A stretch of 32,000 nucleotides of DNA from Nanobdellota archaeon. Lineage in GTDB: Archaea > Nanobdellota > Nanobdellia > Nanobdellales > Nanobdellaceae. Below the pieces are notes generated by a model that was not told where the DNA came from, ran no database searches, and was given only the letters and a program-made list of their open reading frames with translations. The position numbers were made by a program, and so were the translations under genes. Each line of letters opens with the position of its first letter. Position 1 is the stretch's first letter. Location of the stretch: positions 270,001-302,000 of the forward strand of contig AP031373.1 of the NCBI GenBank assembly GCA_042850255.1, read 5' to 3'. This document shows positions 22,695-31,400 of the stretch, in pieces.

Positions 22695-24385
22695 AAAAAG
22701 AAGATATATATAAAAAATTATGGGAAAATAATATAATAATTACTAAAAATGTTTCTGAAAAACTGGATAGTTTATCAGATGAGATAATTGAAGAGATTAT
22801 AAAAGAAGCAATAAAAGAAAATATACAAGTCTTAGATATAGATTTTATAAATAAATTTGTTGGAAATAAAGAAGATAAAAATAAGAAAAACGAAGAAAAA
22901 ACTATATTATCATTTTTTAACAATAATAACAAAAGAATAGTAGAAAAAAAGGAAGTAAATGTCGGAAATCTTAATGTTTCTATAGAAAAAGTCTTTGAAA
23001 AAAATGAAGAAAAGATGAAAATAAAAAAAGAAGTCACTGTTGAAATATATAATAATAATAAAAAATTTATAGGACAAGAAATAGAAACAAATATAAAAGA
23101 ACTAAAAGAAACAAAATATATAAATATATTAAAAAAATTTGATATACAAAAAAATAAACCAGATATAGCATCCTGGGTTTCTTATTATAAATCTAGATTA
23201 AATAAAATAAAGAAAATATTAAGAGAACATTCTCAATTAAAGGAATTGTATCCATTAGATAAAATACCTGAGAATAAAGATGATATTGCAATAGCAGGAT
23301 TAATATATGAAAAGAAAATAACAGATAATGGGGTAATATTTATAGTAGAAGATGGAAATGATACTATAAGAGTTTTTGTAGATAAAAATAATCAAAACGT
23401 AAATTTCAAATTAGTAAGAGATATACCTTTAGATTCTGTTGTAGCATTTGTTGGTAAATATTCTAATAAAATGTTTTTTGCAGATGAAGTTATATTACCA
23501 GATGTACCTGTTAGAAAACCAAAAACATATGGGGAAGATGACATTTATATATTATTTACTGGAGATTGGCAGATAGGAAATAAATATACATTTTATGAAT
23601 TATTTGATAGATTGATTAATTTTTTATATGCTAAAACGGATAATGAAAAAGTAAATGATTTGGCAAGAAAAGTTGGATATGTTCTAATAGTTGGGGATGT
23701 TGTAGATGGGGTAGGTGTTTATCCTGAACAAAAAGAAGAATTAATATTAAAAACTTTTGAAGATCAGTATAATAAATTTGAAGAATATTTATTAAGAATG
23801 CCAGAGTTTACTAAAATAGCAGTTATACCTGGAAATCATGATATACCAAGATTAGCAGAACCCCAACCTCCTTTACCTAAAACTTTATTAAAGCAATCTT
23901 ATGAACTAAAAAATATAACATTTTTATCAAATCCTTCATATATACAATTGCATAATTCAATAAATGTATTAATGTATCATGGTTATGTGTTAGATTGGTT
24001 GGTATCTGATATACAAATTTTAAGGGAAAAGGGTGGATATGAAAATCCTGGGGAATTAATGAAATTTTTATTAATGTTAAGGTTATTAGCTCCAATGCAT
24101 GGTTCTACACCATATGTACCATATTTTAACGACGATCCATCAGTTATAGATATAGTACCAGATATTTTTCATACAGGTCATATACATAGAGCCTCTTATA
24201 ATGAATATAGAGGAATAGACATGGTAAATTCGTCAACATTTCAAGATATTACACCATATCAAAGAGAACTAGGACATAAACCATTACCAGGTTTTGTATT
24301 TTTAAGGAATATAAAAAATGGAGAAGTATTAGCAGTTAATTTATTTAATTATGAAATACACAAAATAAGGGAAAAAGTTATATAA
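22691..24385 (+). CDS. polD1: DNA polymerase II (PolD) small subunit DP1
   Basis: Calcineurin-like phosphoesterase motifs FTGDWQIG, VGDVVDGVGVYP, IPGNHD, YHGY and HTGHIHR follow an OB-like region. ATGA overlap with orc1/cdc6. Confidence 0.9.
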   Translation: MKKEDIYKKLWENNIIITKNVSEKLDSLSDEIIEEIIKEAIKENIQVLDIDFINKFVGNKEDKNKKNEEKTILSFFNNNNKRIVEKKEVNVGNLNVSIEKVFEKNEEKMKIKKEVTVEIYNNNKKFIGQEIETNIKELKETKYINILKKFDIQKNKPDIASWVSYYKSRLNKIKKILREHSQLKELYPLDKIPENKDDIAIAGLIYEKKITDNGVIFIVEDGNDTIRVFVDKNNQNVNFKLVRDIPLDSVVAFVGKYSNKMFFADEVILPDVPVRKPKTYGEDDIYILFTGDWQIGNKYTFYELFDRLINFLYAKTDNEKVNDLARKVGYVLIVGDVVDGVGVYPEQKEELILKTFEDQYNKFEEYLLRMPEFTKIAVIPGNHDIPRLAEPQPPLPKTLLKQSYELKNITFLSNPSYIQLHNSINVLMYHGYVLDWLVSDIQILREKGGYENPGELMKFLLMLRLLAPMHGSTPYVPYFNDDPSVIDIVPDIFHTGHIHRASYNEYRGIDMVNSSTFQDITPYQRELGHKPLPGFVFLRNIKNGEVLAVNLFNYEIHKIREKVI

Positions 24386-24409
24386 ATTATTCATAAAATA
24401 TAAGAAGGT

Positions 24410-24691
24410 ATGAAAATACTTAAAGAAAATGATAATGAAATGGAAATAGTATTGGAGAATGACAAACCTACAGTTATTATGTTAGTTAAGGAAGAATTAG
24501 ATAAAGATGAAAATGTAGTAATATCTGGTTGGAAAGAAGATCATCCATTATTAAAAAATATACATCTATATATAAGGACTAATGAAAAAGAAAAAGCAAG
24601 AGATGCTTTAATAAATGCAATAGAAAGGGCTTTAAAGAGATTATCAAATTTTAAGGAAGAATACAATAAAATAATTAATGAACTTAGATAA
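24410..24691 (+). CDS. rpoL: DNA-directed RNA polymerase subunit L (Rpo11)
   Basis: 93 aa. The pattern EMEIVLEN-DKPTVIMLVKEEL...VVISGWKEDHPLL..IHLYIRTNE...ARDALINAIERA matches Rpo11/RpoL. Confidence 0.75.
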   Translation: MKILKENDNEMEIVLENDKPTVIMLVKEELDKDENVVISGWKEDHPLLKNIHLYIRTNEKEKARDALINAIERALKRLSNFKEEYNKIINELR

Positions 24692-26483
24692 AGTAGTTTT
24701 AGATACGTCAGTAATTATTGATAGTTACTTATCTAAATCTATTGAAGAAAATAAAATAAATGTAAAAGAGGTAATAATACCACTTCCTGCAATAGATGAA
24801 TTGCAAGCTCAAGCTAATAAAGGGTTTGAAAAAGGATTATTGGGATTAAAAGAAATACAAAAAATAAGAGAATTATCAGAAAAATATAATTTTAAAGTAA
24901 TTGTTTTAGGGGAAAAACCTGGTTTAGAACAAATAAGATTAGCAAAATCTGGATATATAGATTATATGATATTAAAAATAGCGATGGATACAAATTCTAC
25001 ATTATTAACATCAGATAGAATATTATATGAAACTGCAAAAGCTTATAATGTAAAATGCATATATATTGAAAAGCAAAATGTATCTGTAGAAAAACCGTCT
25101 TTTTTGGATTTATTTACTGAAGATACAATGTCTATACATATAATAGAAAATACTAAAGTAAAAAGAAAGAGAGGAAGACCTGGAGAATGGTATATGGAAG
25201 AAATAGATGTTATATTTGATAGAGAAAAAATGGAGAAATTGATAGATGAAATTGTATTTATTGCAAGAAATAGAAAAGATTCTTTTATAGAAAAAGAAAG
25301 GAAAAATAGTTTAATATTGCAGGTTGGTATATTTAGAATTGTTATTGTAAAACCTCCATTGTCAGATTCTTATGAAATAACAATTGTAAGACCAGTAAAA
25401 ATTTTAAAATTAGAAGATTATAATTTACCTGAAAAAATAATCGATAGATTAAAGGAAAAAGCAGAAGGAATTATAATTACTGGAAAACCAGGGTCTGGAA
25501 AGACTACTTTCGCTCAAGCATTAGCAGAATATTATAATAGTATGAAGAAAATAGTAAAAACAATAGAAGCCCCAAGAGATTTGTTATTATCTCAAGATAT
25601 TGTTCAATATTCAAAAAATTCTTCTGATAAAAATGAAATACATGATATATTATTATTATCAAGACCAGATTATGTAATATTTGATGAAATGAGAAATACA
25701 GATGATTTTAAAATATATATTGATTTAAGATTGGCTGGAGTAGGAATGATTGGAGTTGCTCATGCAGAAAGACCTTTGGATATAATACATAGATTTTTAT
25801 CTAGAACAGAATTAGGATTAATCCCTCAAATAATAGATACAATAATATACATAAATAAAGGAAATGTAGAAAAAGTATATTATTTAAATTTAGTTGTAAA
25901 AATTCCTTATGGATTAAAAGAAGAAGATTTGGCAAGGCCTGTAGTTGAAGTTAGAGATTATTTAACAAATGAATTGGAATATGAGATATATACATTTGGC
26001 GAAGAAATAATGGTTGTACCTGTTAAAAAATATAGGATGAAATCTGGTACTCAAAGATTATTGGAAGATTTATTAAATTCAGAATTTAAAAGAAAATATT
26101 CAGAAATTCTTGTAGATGTTTCTGAAGATAAAATAACATTCTATATACCAAGAAATATGAAAAGGAAATTTTTAAGAAATGAAAAAGGATACTTAATGAG
26201 TATAAAAAATAGATATAATATTAGAATAGATATAAAATCTTTAGAATCTTTAGAGAATACAACTATACCTTATGATTATGAAATAGAAGGAGATTATATT
26301 ATAATAAAATCTAATAGTTTATTCAAGAAAAAAGATATTGAAATATACATAGATGGAAAACTTATTGGAAAATTTAAGGTAAATAAAAAAGGAAAAATTA
26401 TTATAGATAGAAATAGTGATTTAGGAAAAAATATAGAAGAAGCTATAAATAATGGAAAAAGAATAGAAATAAGGTTAGCATGA
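24678..26483 (+). CDS. PIN domain + PilT-like ATPase + KH-like domain protein (COG1855 type)
   Basis: N-terminal PIN (VVLDTSVIIDSY...LTSD), Walker A GKPGSGKTTFAQALA and Walker B-like YVIFDEMR. The architecture is typical of archaeal PINc-ATPases. Confidence 0.75.
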   Translation: MNLDKVVLDTSVIIDSYLSKSIEENKINVKEVIIPLPAIDELQAQANKGFEKGLLGLKEIQKIRELSEKYNFKVIVLGEKPGLEQIRLAKSGYIDYMILKIAMDTNSTLLTSDRILYETAKAYNVKCIYIEKQNVSVEKPSFLDLFTEDTMSIHIIENTKVKRKRGRPGEWYMEEIDVIFDREKMEKLIDEIVFIARNRKDSFIEKERKNSLILQVGIFRIVIVKPPLSDSYEITIVRPVKILKLEDYNLPEKIIDRLKEKAEGIIITGKPGSGKTTFAQALAEYYNSMKKIVKTIEAPRDLLLSQDIVQYSKNSSDKNEIHDILLLSRPDYVIFDEMRNTDDFKIYIDLRLAGVGMIGVAHAERPLDIIHRFLSRTELGLIPQIIDTIIYINKGNVEKVYYLNLVVKIPYGLKEEDLARPVVEVRDYLTNELEYEIYTFGEEIMVVPVKKYRMKSGTQRLLEDLLNSEFKRKYSEILVDVSEDKITFYIPRNMKRKFLRNEKGYLMSIKNRYNIRIDIKSLESLENTTIPYDYEIEGDYIIIKSNSLFKKKDIEIYIDGKLIGKFKVNKKGKIIIDRNSDLGKNIEEAINNGKRIEIRLA

Positions 26484-28237
26484 AGAGAATAGCAGTAATA
26501 GATAGGGATAGATGTAAGGCTCCTGAAAAATGTGATTATATATGTATGAAAGTATGTCCAGTAGAAAAAAATAATTTAGAAATATTTAAAATATTACAAG
26601 ATAAAAAACCTTCTATAGATGAATCTTTATGTATAGGTTGTGGAATATGTGTAAAGAAATGTCCATATAATGCAATAATAATTATAAATTTAACAAAAGA
26701 ACCTGAAGATAAGCCTGTATTTCAATACGGACCAAATACTTTTAGATTATATAGGTTACCTATAATAAAAGAAGGACAAATAATTGGAGTTGTTGGAAGG
26801 AATGGAATGGGAAAATCTACAGCAATAAATATAATAGCAGGATTATTAAGACCAAACTTTGGAGATTATAATAAAAAATGGGAAGATAAAGAAATAATAA
26901 GAGAATTTAGAGGAACAGAATTACAAAAATATTTTGAAAAATTATATAATAACGAAGTAAAAATATCTTATAAACCTCAAAATATTTTACAGGTTAGAAA
27001 TATGATAAAAAATTTAACTGTAAAAGAATTTTTATCAAAAGTGATAAAAGATCTAGATAAAGTATCTGAAGAATTTGGAATAAAAAATTTATTGGATAAA
27101 AAAATTGAAAATTTATCTGGAGGAGAATTACAAAAAATATTGTATATATTCTCTATATATAAAGAACATAATTTATTATTAATTGATGAAATAACAAATT
27201 ATCTAGATATATATGAAAGATTAAGGATATTGGATAGTTTAAATGAATTAAAGGGAAAGGATACAATTATTATAATAGATCATGATTTATTATTCTTAGA
27301 TTCTATTTCAGATATAGTACATATAGTTTATGGAGTACAAAAAGCATATGGTGTATTTTCATATCCAATAGGTACAAAAGAAGGAATAAATCAATATTTA
27401 GATGGATTTATAAAAAGAGAAAATTTAAAAATAAGGGATAAACCAATAAGATTGGATGTTAAAAGTTATACAGATGTAAAATTAGGAGATAAAATTGTAG
27501 AATGGGAAAATATTAATGTAAATTTAGGAGGATTTGTATTAAAATCTGGTAAAGGATATATAAGAAAAAATGAAATAATCGGAATAATTGGAAGAAATGG
27601 AATAGGAAAAACAACATTTATAAAAACTTTAGCTGGAGAATTAAAATATGAAGGATATGTATCTAAAAATATAACAATTTCATACAAACCTCAATTTTTT
27701 GATTTTTCTCAATATAATATTACTGTAGATCAATTTTTATCTAAATTCAACGAAAAATACAAATCTGATTATAAAGATTATTTGCCAGATTTAAATATTT
27801 CAGATTTATTAGATAGAGAATTAAATACTTTATCTGGTGGAGAAGGTCAAACTGTATATACGTTTGCTACATTAATAAAAGATGCAGATTTATATTTATT
27901 GGATGAGCCATTTGCAAATTTAGATATAGAACAAAGATTAGTATTATCAAAATTTATTAGAGATATAATAAAAAGTAAGGAAAAAGCTTGTTTAATTGTA
28001 GATCATGATCTAATATTCTTAAATTGGATATCAGATAGTTTATTAGTATTCTTAGGAGAACCTGGTAAAGAAGGTTTTGTTACAGGTCCTTATGAAAATA
28101 AAGAAGGATTAAACATATTTTTGAAGGATATAGGAATAACTATGAGAACTGATGAAGAAACAAAAAGACCTAGAATAAATAAAAGAGGTAGTAGATTGGA
28201 TTTAATACAAAAAGAAAAAGGTATATATTTTGGATAG
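26480..28237 (+). CDS. abce1: ABCE1 / RNase L inhibitor homolog (ribosome recycling factor)
   Basis: N-terminal FeS domain (RCKAPEKCDYICMKVCPV; CIGCGICVKKCPYNAI). Two ABC modules (GVVGRNGMGKST / LSGGELQK / LLIDE; GIIGRNGIGKTT / LSGGEGQT / YLLDEP). Confidence 0.95.
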   Translation: MKRIAVIDRDRCKAPEKCDYICMKVCPVEKNNLEIFKILQDKKPSIDESLCIGCGICVKKCPYNAIIIINLTKEPEDKPVFQYGPNTFRLYRLPIIKEGQIIGVVGRNGMGKSTAINIIAGLLRPNFGDYNKKWEDKEIIREFRGTELQKYFEKLYNNEVKISYKPQNILQVRNMIKNLTVKEFLSKVIKDLDKVSEEFGIKNLLDKKIENLSGGELQKILYIFSIYKEHNLLLIDEITNYLDIYERLRILDSLNELKGKDTIIIIDHDLLFLDSISDIVHIVYGVQKAYGVFSYPIGTKEGINQYLDGFIKRENLKIRDKPIRLDVKSYTDVKLGDKIVEWENINVNLGGFVLKSGKGYIRKNEIIGIIGRNGIGKTTFIKTLAGELKYEGYVSKNITISYKPQFFDFSQYNITVDQFLSKFNEKYKSDYKDYLPDLNISDLLDRELNTLSGGEGQTVYTFATLIKDADLYLLDEPFANLDIEQRLVLSKFIRDIIKSKEKACLIVDHDLIFLNWISDSLLVFLGEPGKEGFVTGPYENKEGLNIFLKDIGITMRTDEETKRPRINKRGSRLDLIQKEKGIYFG

Positions 28238-28408
28238 CTATTCTGTTTTTACAAATACATATACTGTTCCTCCACAATATGGGCATGTTCCTTTCATTGC
28301 TACTCTTCCATTTTTTAATGTAACTTTTTGTGGATCCTTTACTGGTACTTTCTTTTTGCATCTTACACAATATGCCATGTATTGAGATGTTTCAGTTTTT
28401 CCAGCCAT
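28238..28408 (-). CDS. small zinc-ribbon protein (DUF5679-like), 56 aa, below the ORF-track cutoff
   Basis: My own translation is MAGKTETSQYMAYCVRCKKKVPVKDPQKVTLKNGRVAMKGTCPYCGGTVYVFVKTE. The CxxC...CxxC pattern with the MKNGR-like core recalls DUF5679 proteins. The stop abuts the ABCE1 stop with 0 nt between. Confidence 0.65.
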   Translation of the reverse strand: MAGKTETSQYMAYCVRCKKKVPVKDPQKVTLKNGRVAMKGTCPYCGGTVYVFVKTE

Positions 28409-28498
28409 TAAATGTTTTTATTAGAAATACTTATATATTTATTGGGAAAAAATATTAATTTTAGAAAAAATAGAATTTTGATATATCTCAATAGAAAA

Positions 28499-29512
28499 CT
28501 AAATTATATTCTTTAAATCTTCATCATTTATATATATTATTAAATATTCATTATCCTTGTAAATATTAATATCAATATTAATTTCCCCAAATTTTTTCTT
28601 TATATCTTCTATATTATAATTACTGAATATCCATGAGTATATAGTTAGAAATTGAGCAATTTTCTCCAACTTTTCTATATCTTTATTTATATCTTCTAAA
28701 TGTTTTTTTTGCTCTTCTATAATTCTTAAAATCTTTTCTTTCTTCTCATTCAATTCCTTTATTTTTTTATTTTCTTTTTCAGAGAAATAAGTTTTTATAA
28801 AATAAGAATTAATATCTTTTACCTCATTATAATTTTCATCTATTATTAAATCAGAATCTATTATTTTTTTATAAATTTCAAATATTCTTTTACATTCATC
28901 TTCAGATATTTCACCAGGTTTTTTATTTTTGTCTATATTTAACTTATATAATATATATTCTGAATATTTTCCTCCTAAAGAAAAATCTATTGATAAAGCT
29001 CTTACTATATCTTTTTTATTAGAATTTCTTAATTTTTCATAAAATTCTTCAAAATTATTATATATAAATAGATTTTTTGGAGGTTTTTTATATTCTTCAT
29101 TTTTATATATCTTTCTAACTCCAAAGTCTTTATATTTGTTTGCATATAATATTTTATTATTAAAGTCTGTTATAACTATTAAACCATTTGGAAATAATTC
29201 TATATACATTCTTTTTTCATTATTTTCTATTATTATTATTTTATCTTCATTATCTATTTTTATATTTATTCTTTTTCCATTAAAATCTTTTCTTAATTTT
29301 AATATAAAATTATTAGTTTCTTCTCTTTCCTTCACATTATATAAAAATATAATTTTTCCAGGTATTATATATAAAAATTTATTTTCAACTCCTTGTTTAT
29401 ATATTTCAATTATTATTCCTTCACTCGTTTTATATATATTTTTTACTATCGATTCATTTATTTTTTCCTTATTTTCATTGTACCATCTTTTTAGTTCAAA
29501 ATAATTTATCAT
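28499..29512 (-). CDS. NFACT-N (FbpA/Rqc2-like, COG1293) N-terminal domain plus coiled coil; appears to lack the C-terminal NFACT-R/DUF814 part
   Basis: The N-terminus MINYFELKRWYNENKEKINESIVKNIYKTSEGIIIEIYKQG...LYIIPGKIIFL follows the NFACT-N pattern. 337 aa, against about 600+ for archaeal full-length proteins. Assigned by eye only. Confidence 0.45.
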   Translation of the reverse strand: MINYFELKRWYNENKEKINESIVKNIYKTSEGIIIEIYKQGVENKFLYIIPGKIIFLYNVKEREETNNFILKLRKDFNGKRINIKIDNEDKIIIIENNEKRMYIELFPNGLIVITDFNNKILYANKYKDFGVRKIYKNEEYKKPPKNLFIYNNFEEFYEKLRNSNKKDIVRALSIDFSLGGKYSEYILYKLNIDKNKKPGEISEDECKRIFEIYKKIIDSDLIIDENYNEVKDINSYFIKTYFSEKENKKIKELNEKKEKILRIIEEQKKHLEDINKDIEKLEKIAQFLTIYSWIFSNYNIEDIKKKFGEINIDINIYKDNEYLIIYINDEDLKNII

Positions 29513-29538
29513 AAAAATATATTTTAAATAATTTTTAT

Positions 29539-29586
29539 ATGAAGAAGATTTGGGGCACTGATTAATGATGAAAAATATATAACAGA
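29539..29586 (+). ncRNA. candidate C/D box sRNA
   Basis: ATGAAGA (C-like, 29539-29545), 12 nt AGATTTGGGGCA, CTGA (D', 29558-29561), TTA, ATGATGA (C', 29565-29571), 11 nt, CAGA (D-like, 29583-29586). Canonical archaeal spacing, but the C and D boxes each carry one mismatch. Confidence 0.35.
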
Positions 29587-29588
29587 TA

Positions 29589-31310
29589 TTAAATTTTTTT
29601 ACCTATTAAAATATATTTAGTATATATATGCTTATTTGACTTTATTAATACAGTTTTTATTCTATAATATTCTAATAATTCTCTTATTTTTTCTATTTCT
29701 TCTTCAAAATCCTTCTTTTCAAGAAAATCAACATAATTTATTGATATTATATAACCATTCTTTTTTAATGTTTTATATATATTTTTTACAAATTTATTTC
29801 TATCTATTACAAATTTCAAAGTTTCATATATTATTATTAAATCTATATTATCATACAAGAATTTTGGTATCTCATCCTTTTTTGCTATATAAACGTAATA
29901 ATTATTTAGACCTTTTATTCTTTTTAATAATTTTCTTATTATTTTTATTGATATATCAATTCCATATACTTTTATATTATATCTTTTTGCTAATTCTATT
30001 GAAATATCTCCCAATAAAGGTCCAAAATCTAAAATTTTATATCCATCTTTTACAAATTCTTCTATTAATTTTATATCTTTTTTATAGAATATCTTTCTAA
30101 TTATATAAGATATAAAGTAAAACCTTGAAAAATAAGATCTTATTAATTTTATATCTTTCTTCCATGTTATTTTAATTGTTATAAAAAATACTAAGAGAAA
30201 AATGGATACAGAAATAATAGAAGCAGATAGGTCTTGTGTTATTTCATATAATAAATAGTATAAGAATAAAACTAAAGAAAATGTTGATAAAAATATCTTG
30301 TAAAATCTCTTTTTATTAAAATATTTTGAAGATAATTTTATTTTTATATAAGATATTATGTATAAAATATATATTAATATTGTAAATACAGAAAAATATG
30401 ATAATATATCATTTATTTTAAGGAATAATAAGGAAATAAATATTAAAAATGTTGATAAAAATATATTAAATATTGGTACATCTTTATTATTTTTTATCCT
30501 AAAAATATATGGCAATAATTTTTCTTCTGCTATATTTTTTAAAATATTGTTTGCAGTGTAAAACCATATATATGTTGTTAATATCCCCAAAGGTATAAAT
30601 AAAAACAAAAAGTATGTATATAAGAAACTATTAGTTATATTTAACAAAGATAAATATAATAAAACAGAAAATATTGATACAATTATTGTTCCATAAAATG
30701 TTGCATCTCCTGTTCTTTTACTATTAAAATGATTTGAATAATATGTTAATAAATCTACTCCAGAAAAAACTGAAGAAAAATAAATTATGGAATATGAAAA
30801 AACATTAAAATTATTATTTATAATTTTAATTGGAATAAAAGAAAATGGTATTAAAATTATTAGAAATATTATAGATAAATATGAAATTATTTTTTCAAAA
30901 TTACTCTCTATATCTATATTAATTAAATTTAATAATGGAAATAAAAATACTATTATATAAGGTAAAAATATTAAGTTACTACTTATCTCTTGTAAAGTTG
31001 ACAAAAGTAGATAATATTCTGAAGATATCGATGCGATTACGGATAAGTAATAAAATATACCGAATATTGGTAATAGATATTTAGACAATTTACTTATATA
31101 ATAAAATATTCCCATTTTATTTGGATCTCTAGTTATAGAATCCCTCAATAAATATGATAAAACTATAAAGGATATTGCAATCGGGATTGAAGATAGTAAT
31201 ATAAAGATTGGTTCTATATGGTATTTTTTTATTAATAATAATAGGAAAGGAATTGTAGGAACTATGACAGATGATATAAATATTATTATATAATCTCTAG
31301 TTTTTTCCAT
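29589..31310 (-). CDS. APC-superfamily transporter-like membrane domain fused to a C-terminal class I SAM-methyltransferase-like domain
   Basis: About 12 hydrophobic segments, including the permease-like NILKNIAEEKLLPYIFRIKNNKDVPIFNIFLS. The C-terminal about 170 aa carry YKILDFGPLLGDISIELAKRYNIKVYGIDIS...DLIIIYETLKFV...IYKTLKKNGYIIS (methyltransferase motifs I, post-I, II, III). Confidence 0.6.
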   Translation of the reverse strand: MEKTRDYIIIFISSVIVPTIPFLLLLIKKYHIEPIFILLSSIPIAISFIVLSYLLRDSITRDPNKMGIFYYISKLSKYLLPIFGIFYYLSVIASISSEYYLLLSTLQEISSNLIFLPYIIVFLFPLLNLINIDIESNFEKIISYLSIIFLIILIPFSFIPIKIINNNFNVFSYSIIYFSSVFSGVDLLTYYSNHFNSKRTGDATFYGTIIVSIFSVLLYLSLLNITNSFLYTYFLFLFIPLGILTTYIWFYTANNILKNIAEEKLLPYIFRIKNNKDVPIFNIFLSTFLIFISLLFLKINDILSYFSVFTILIYILYIISYIKIKLSSKYFNKKRFYKIFLSTFSLVLFLYYLLYEITQDLSASIISVSIFLLVFFITIKITWKKDIKLIRSYFSRFYFISYIIRKIFYKKDIKLIEEFVKDGYKILDFGPLLGDISIELAKRYNIKVYGIDISIKIIRKLLKRIKGLNNYYVYIAKKDEIPKFLYDNIDLIIIYETLKFVIDRNKFVKNIYKTLKKNGYIISINYVDFLEKKDFEEEIEKIRELLEYYRIKTVLIKSNKHIYTKYILIGKKI

Positions 31311-31400
31311 TTTTCCTTTATATATTCTAAAAAATATAGGAATCCGTATTAACTGATTAGTGATAAAAAATATAAGGATAAATTATAAATATATATAATC

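Noticed and set aside
22298-23037. Long antisense ORFs (108 and 126 aa, Phe/Ser/Ile-rich) opposite orc1/cdc6 and DP1; similar ones at 1205-1435, 5738-5977, 21515-21778, 27466-27687, 29136-29504, 29636-30100 and 30358-30561
   Set aside because: They mirror Lys/Glu/Asn-rich (AAR/GAR) sense codons, whose complements cannot form stop codons. The products are low-complexity and each overlaps a well-supported gene.
28170-28370. 66-aa minus-strand ORF overlapping the ABCE1 3' end
   Set aside because: Low-complexity and overlaps ABCE1 coding sequence. The alternative frame at 28238-28408 gives a clean zinc-ribbon protein that exactly fills the gap.
31331-31372. CTGA-TTA-GTGATAA (31343-31356), resembling a D'-C' pair of a C/D sRNA upstream of the GH1-like gene
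   Set aside because: No acceptable C box lies 12 nt upstream (ATATAGG) and no D box lies 10-12 nt downstream, so only half a motif is present. It may be part of the promoter or 5' region instead.
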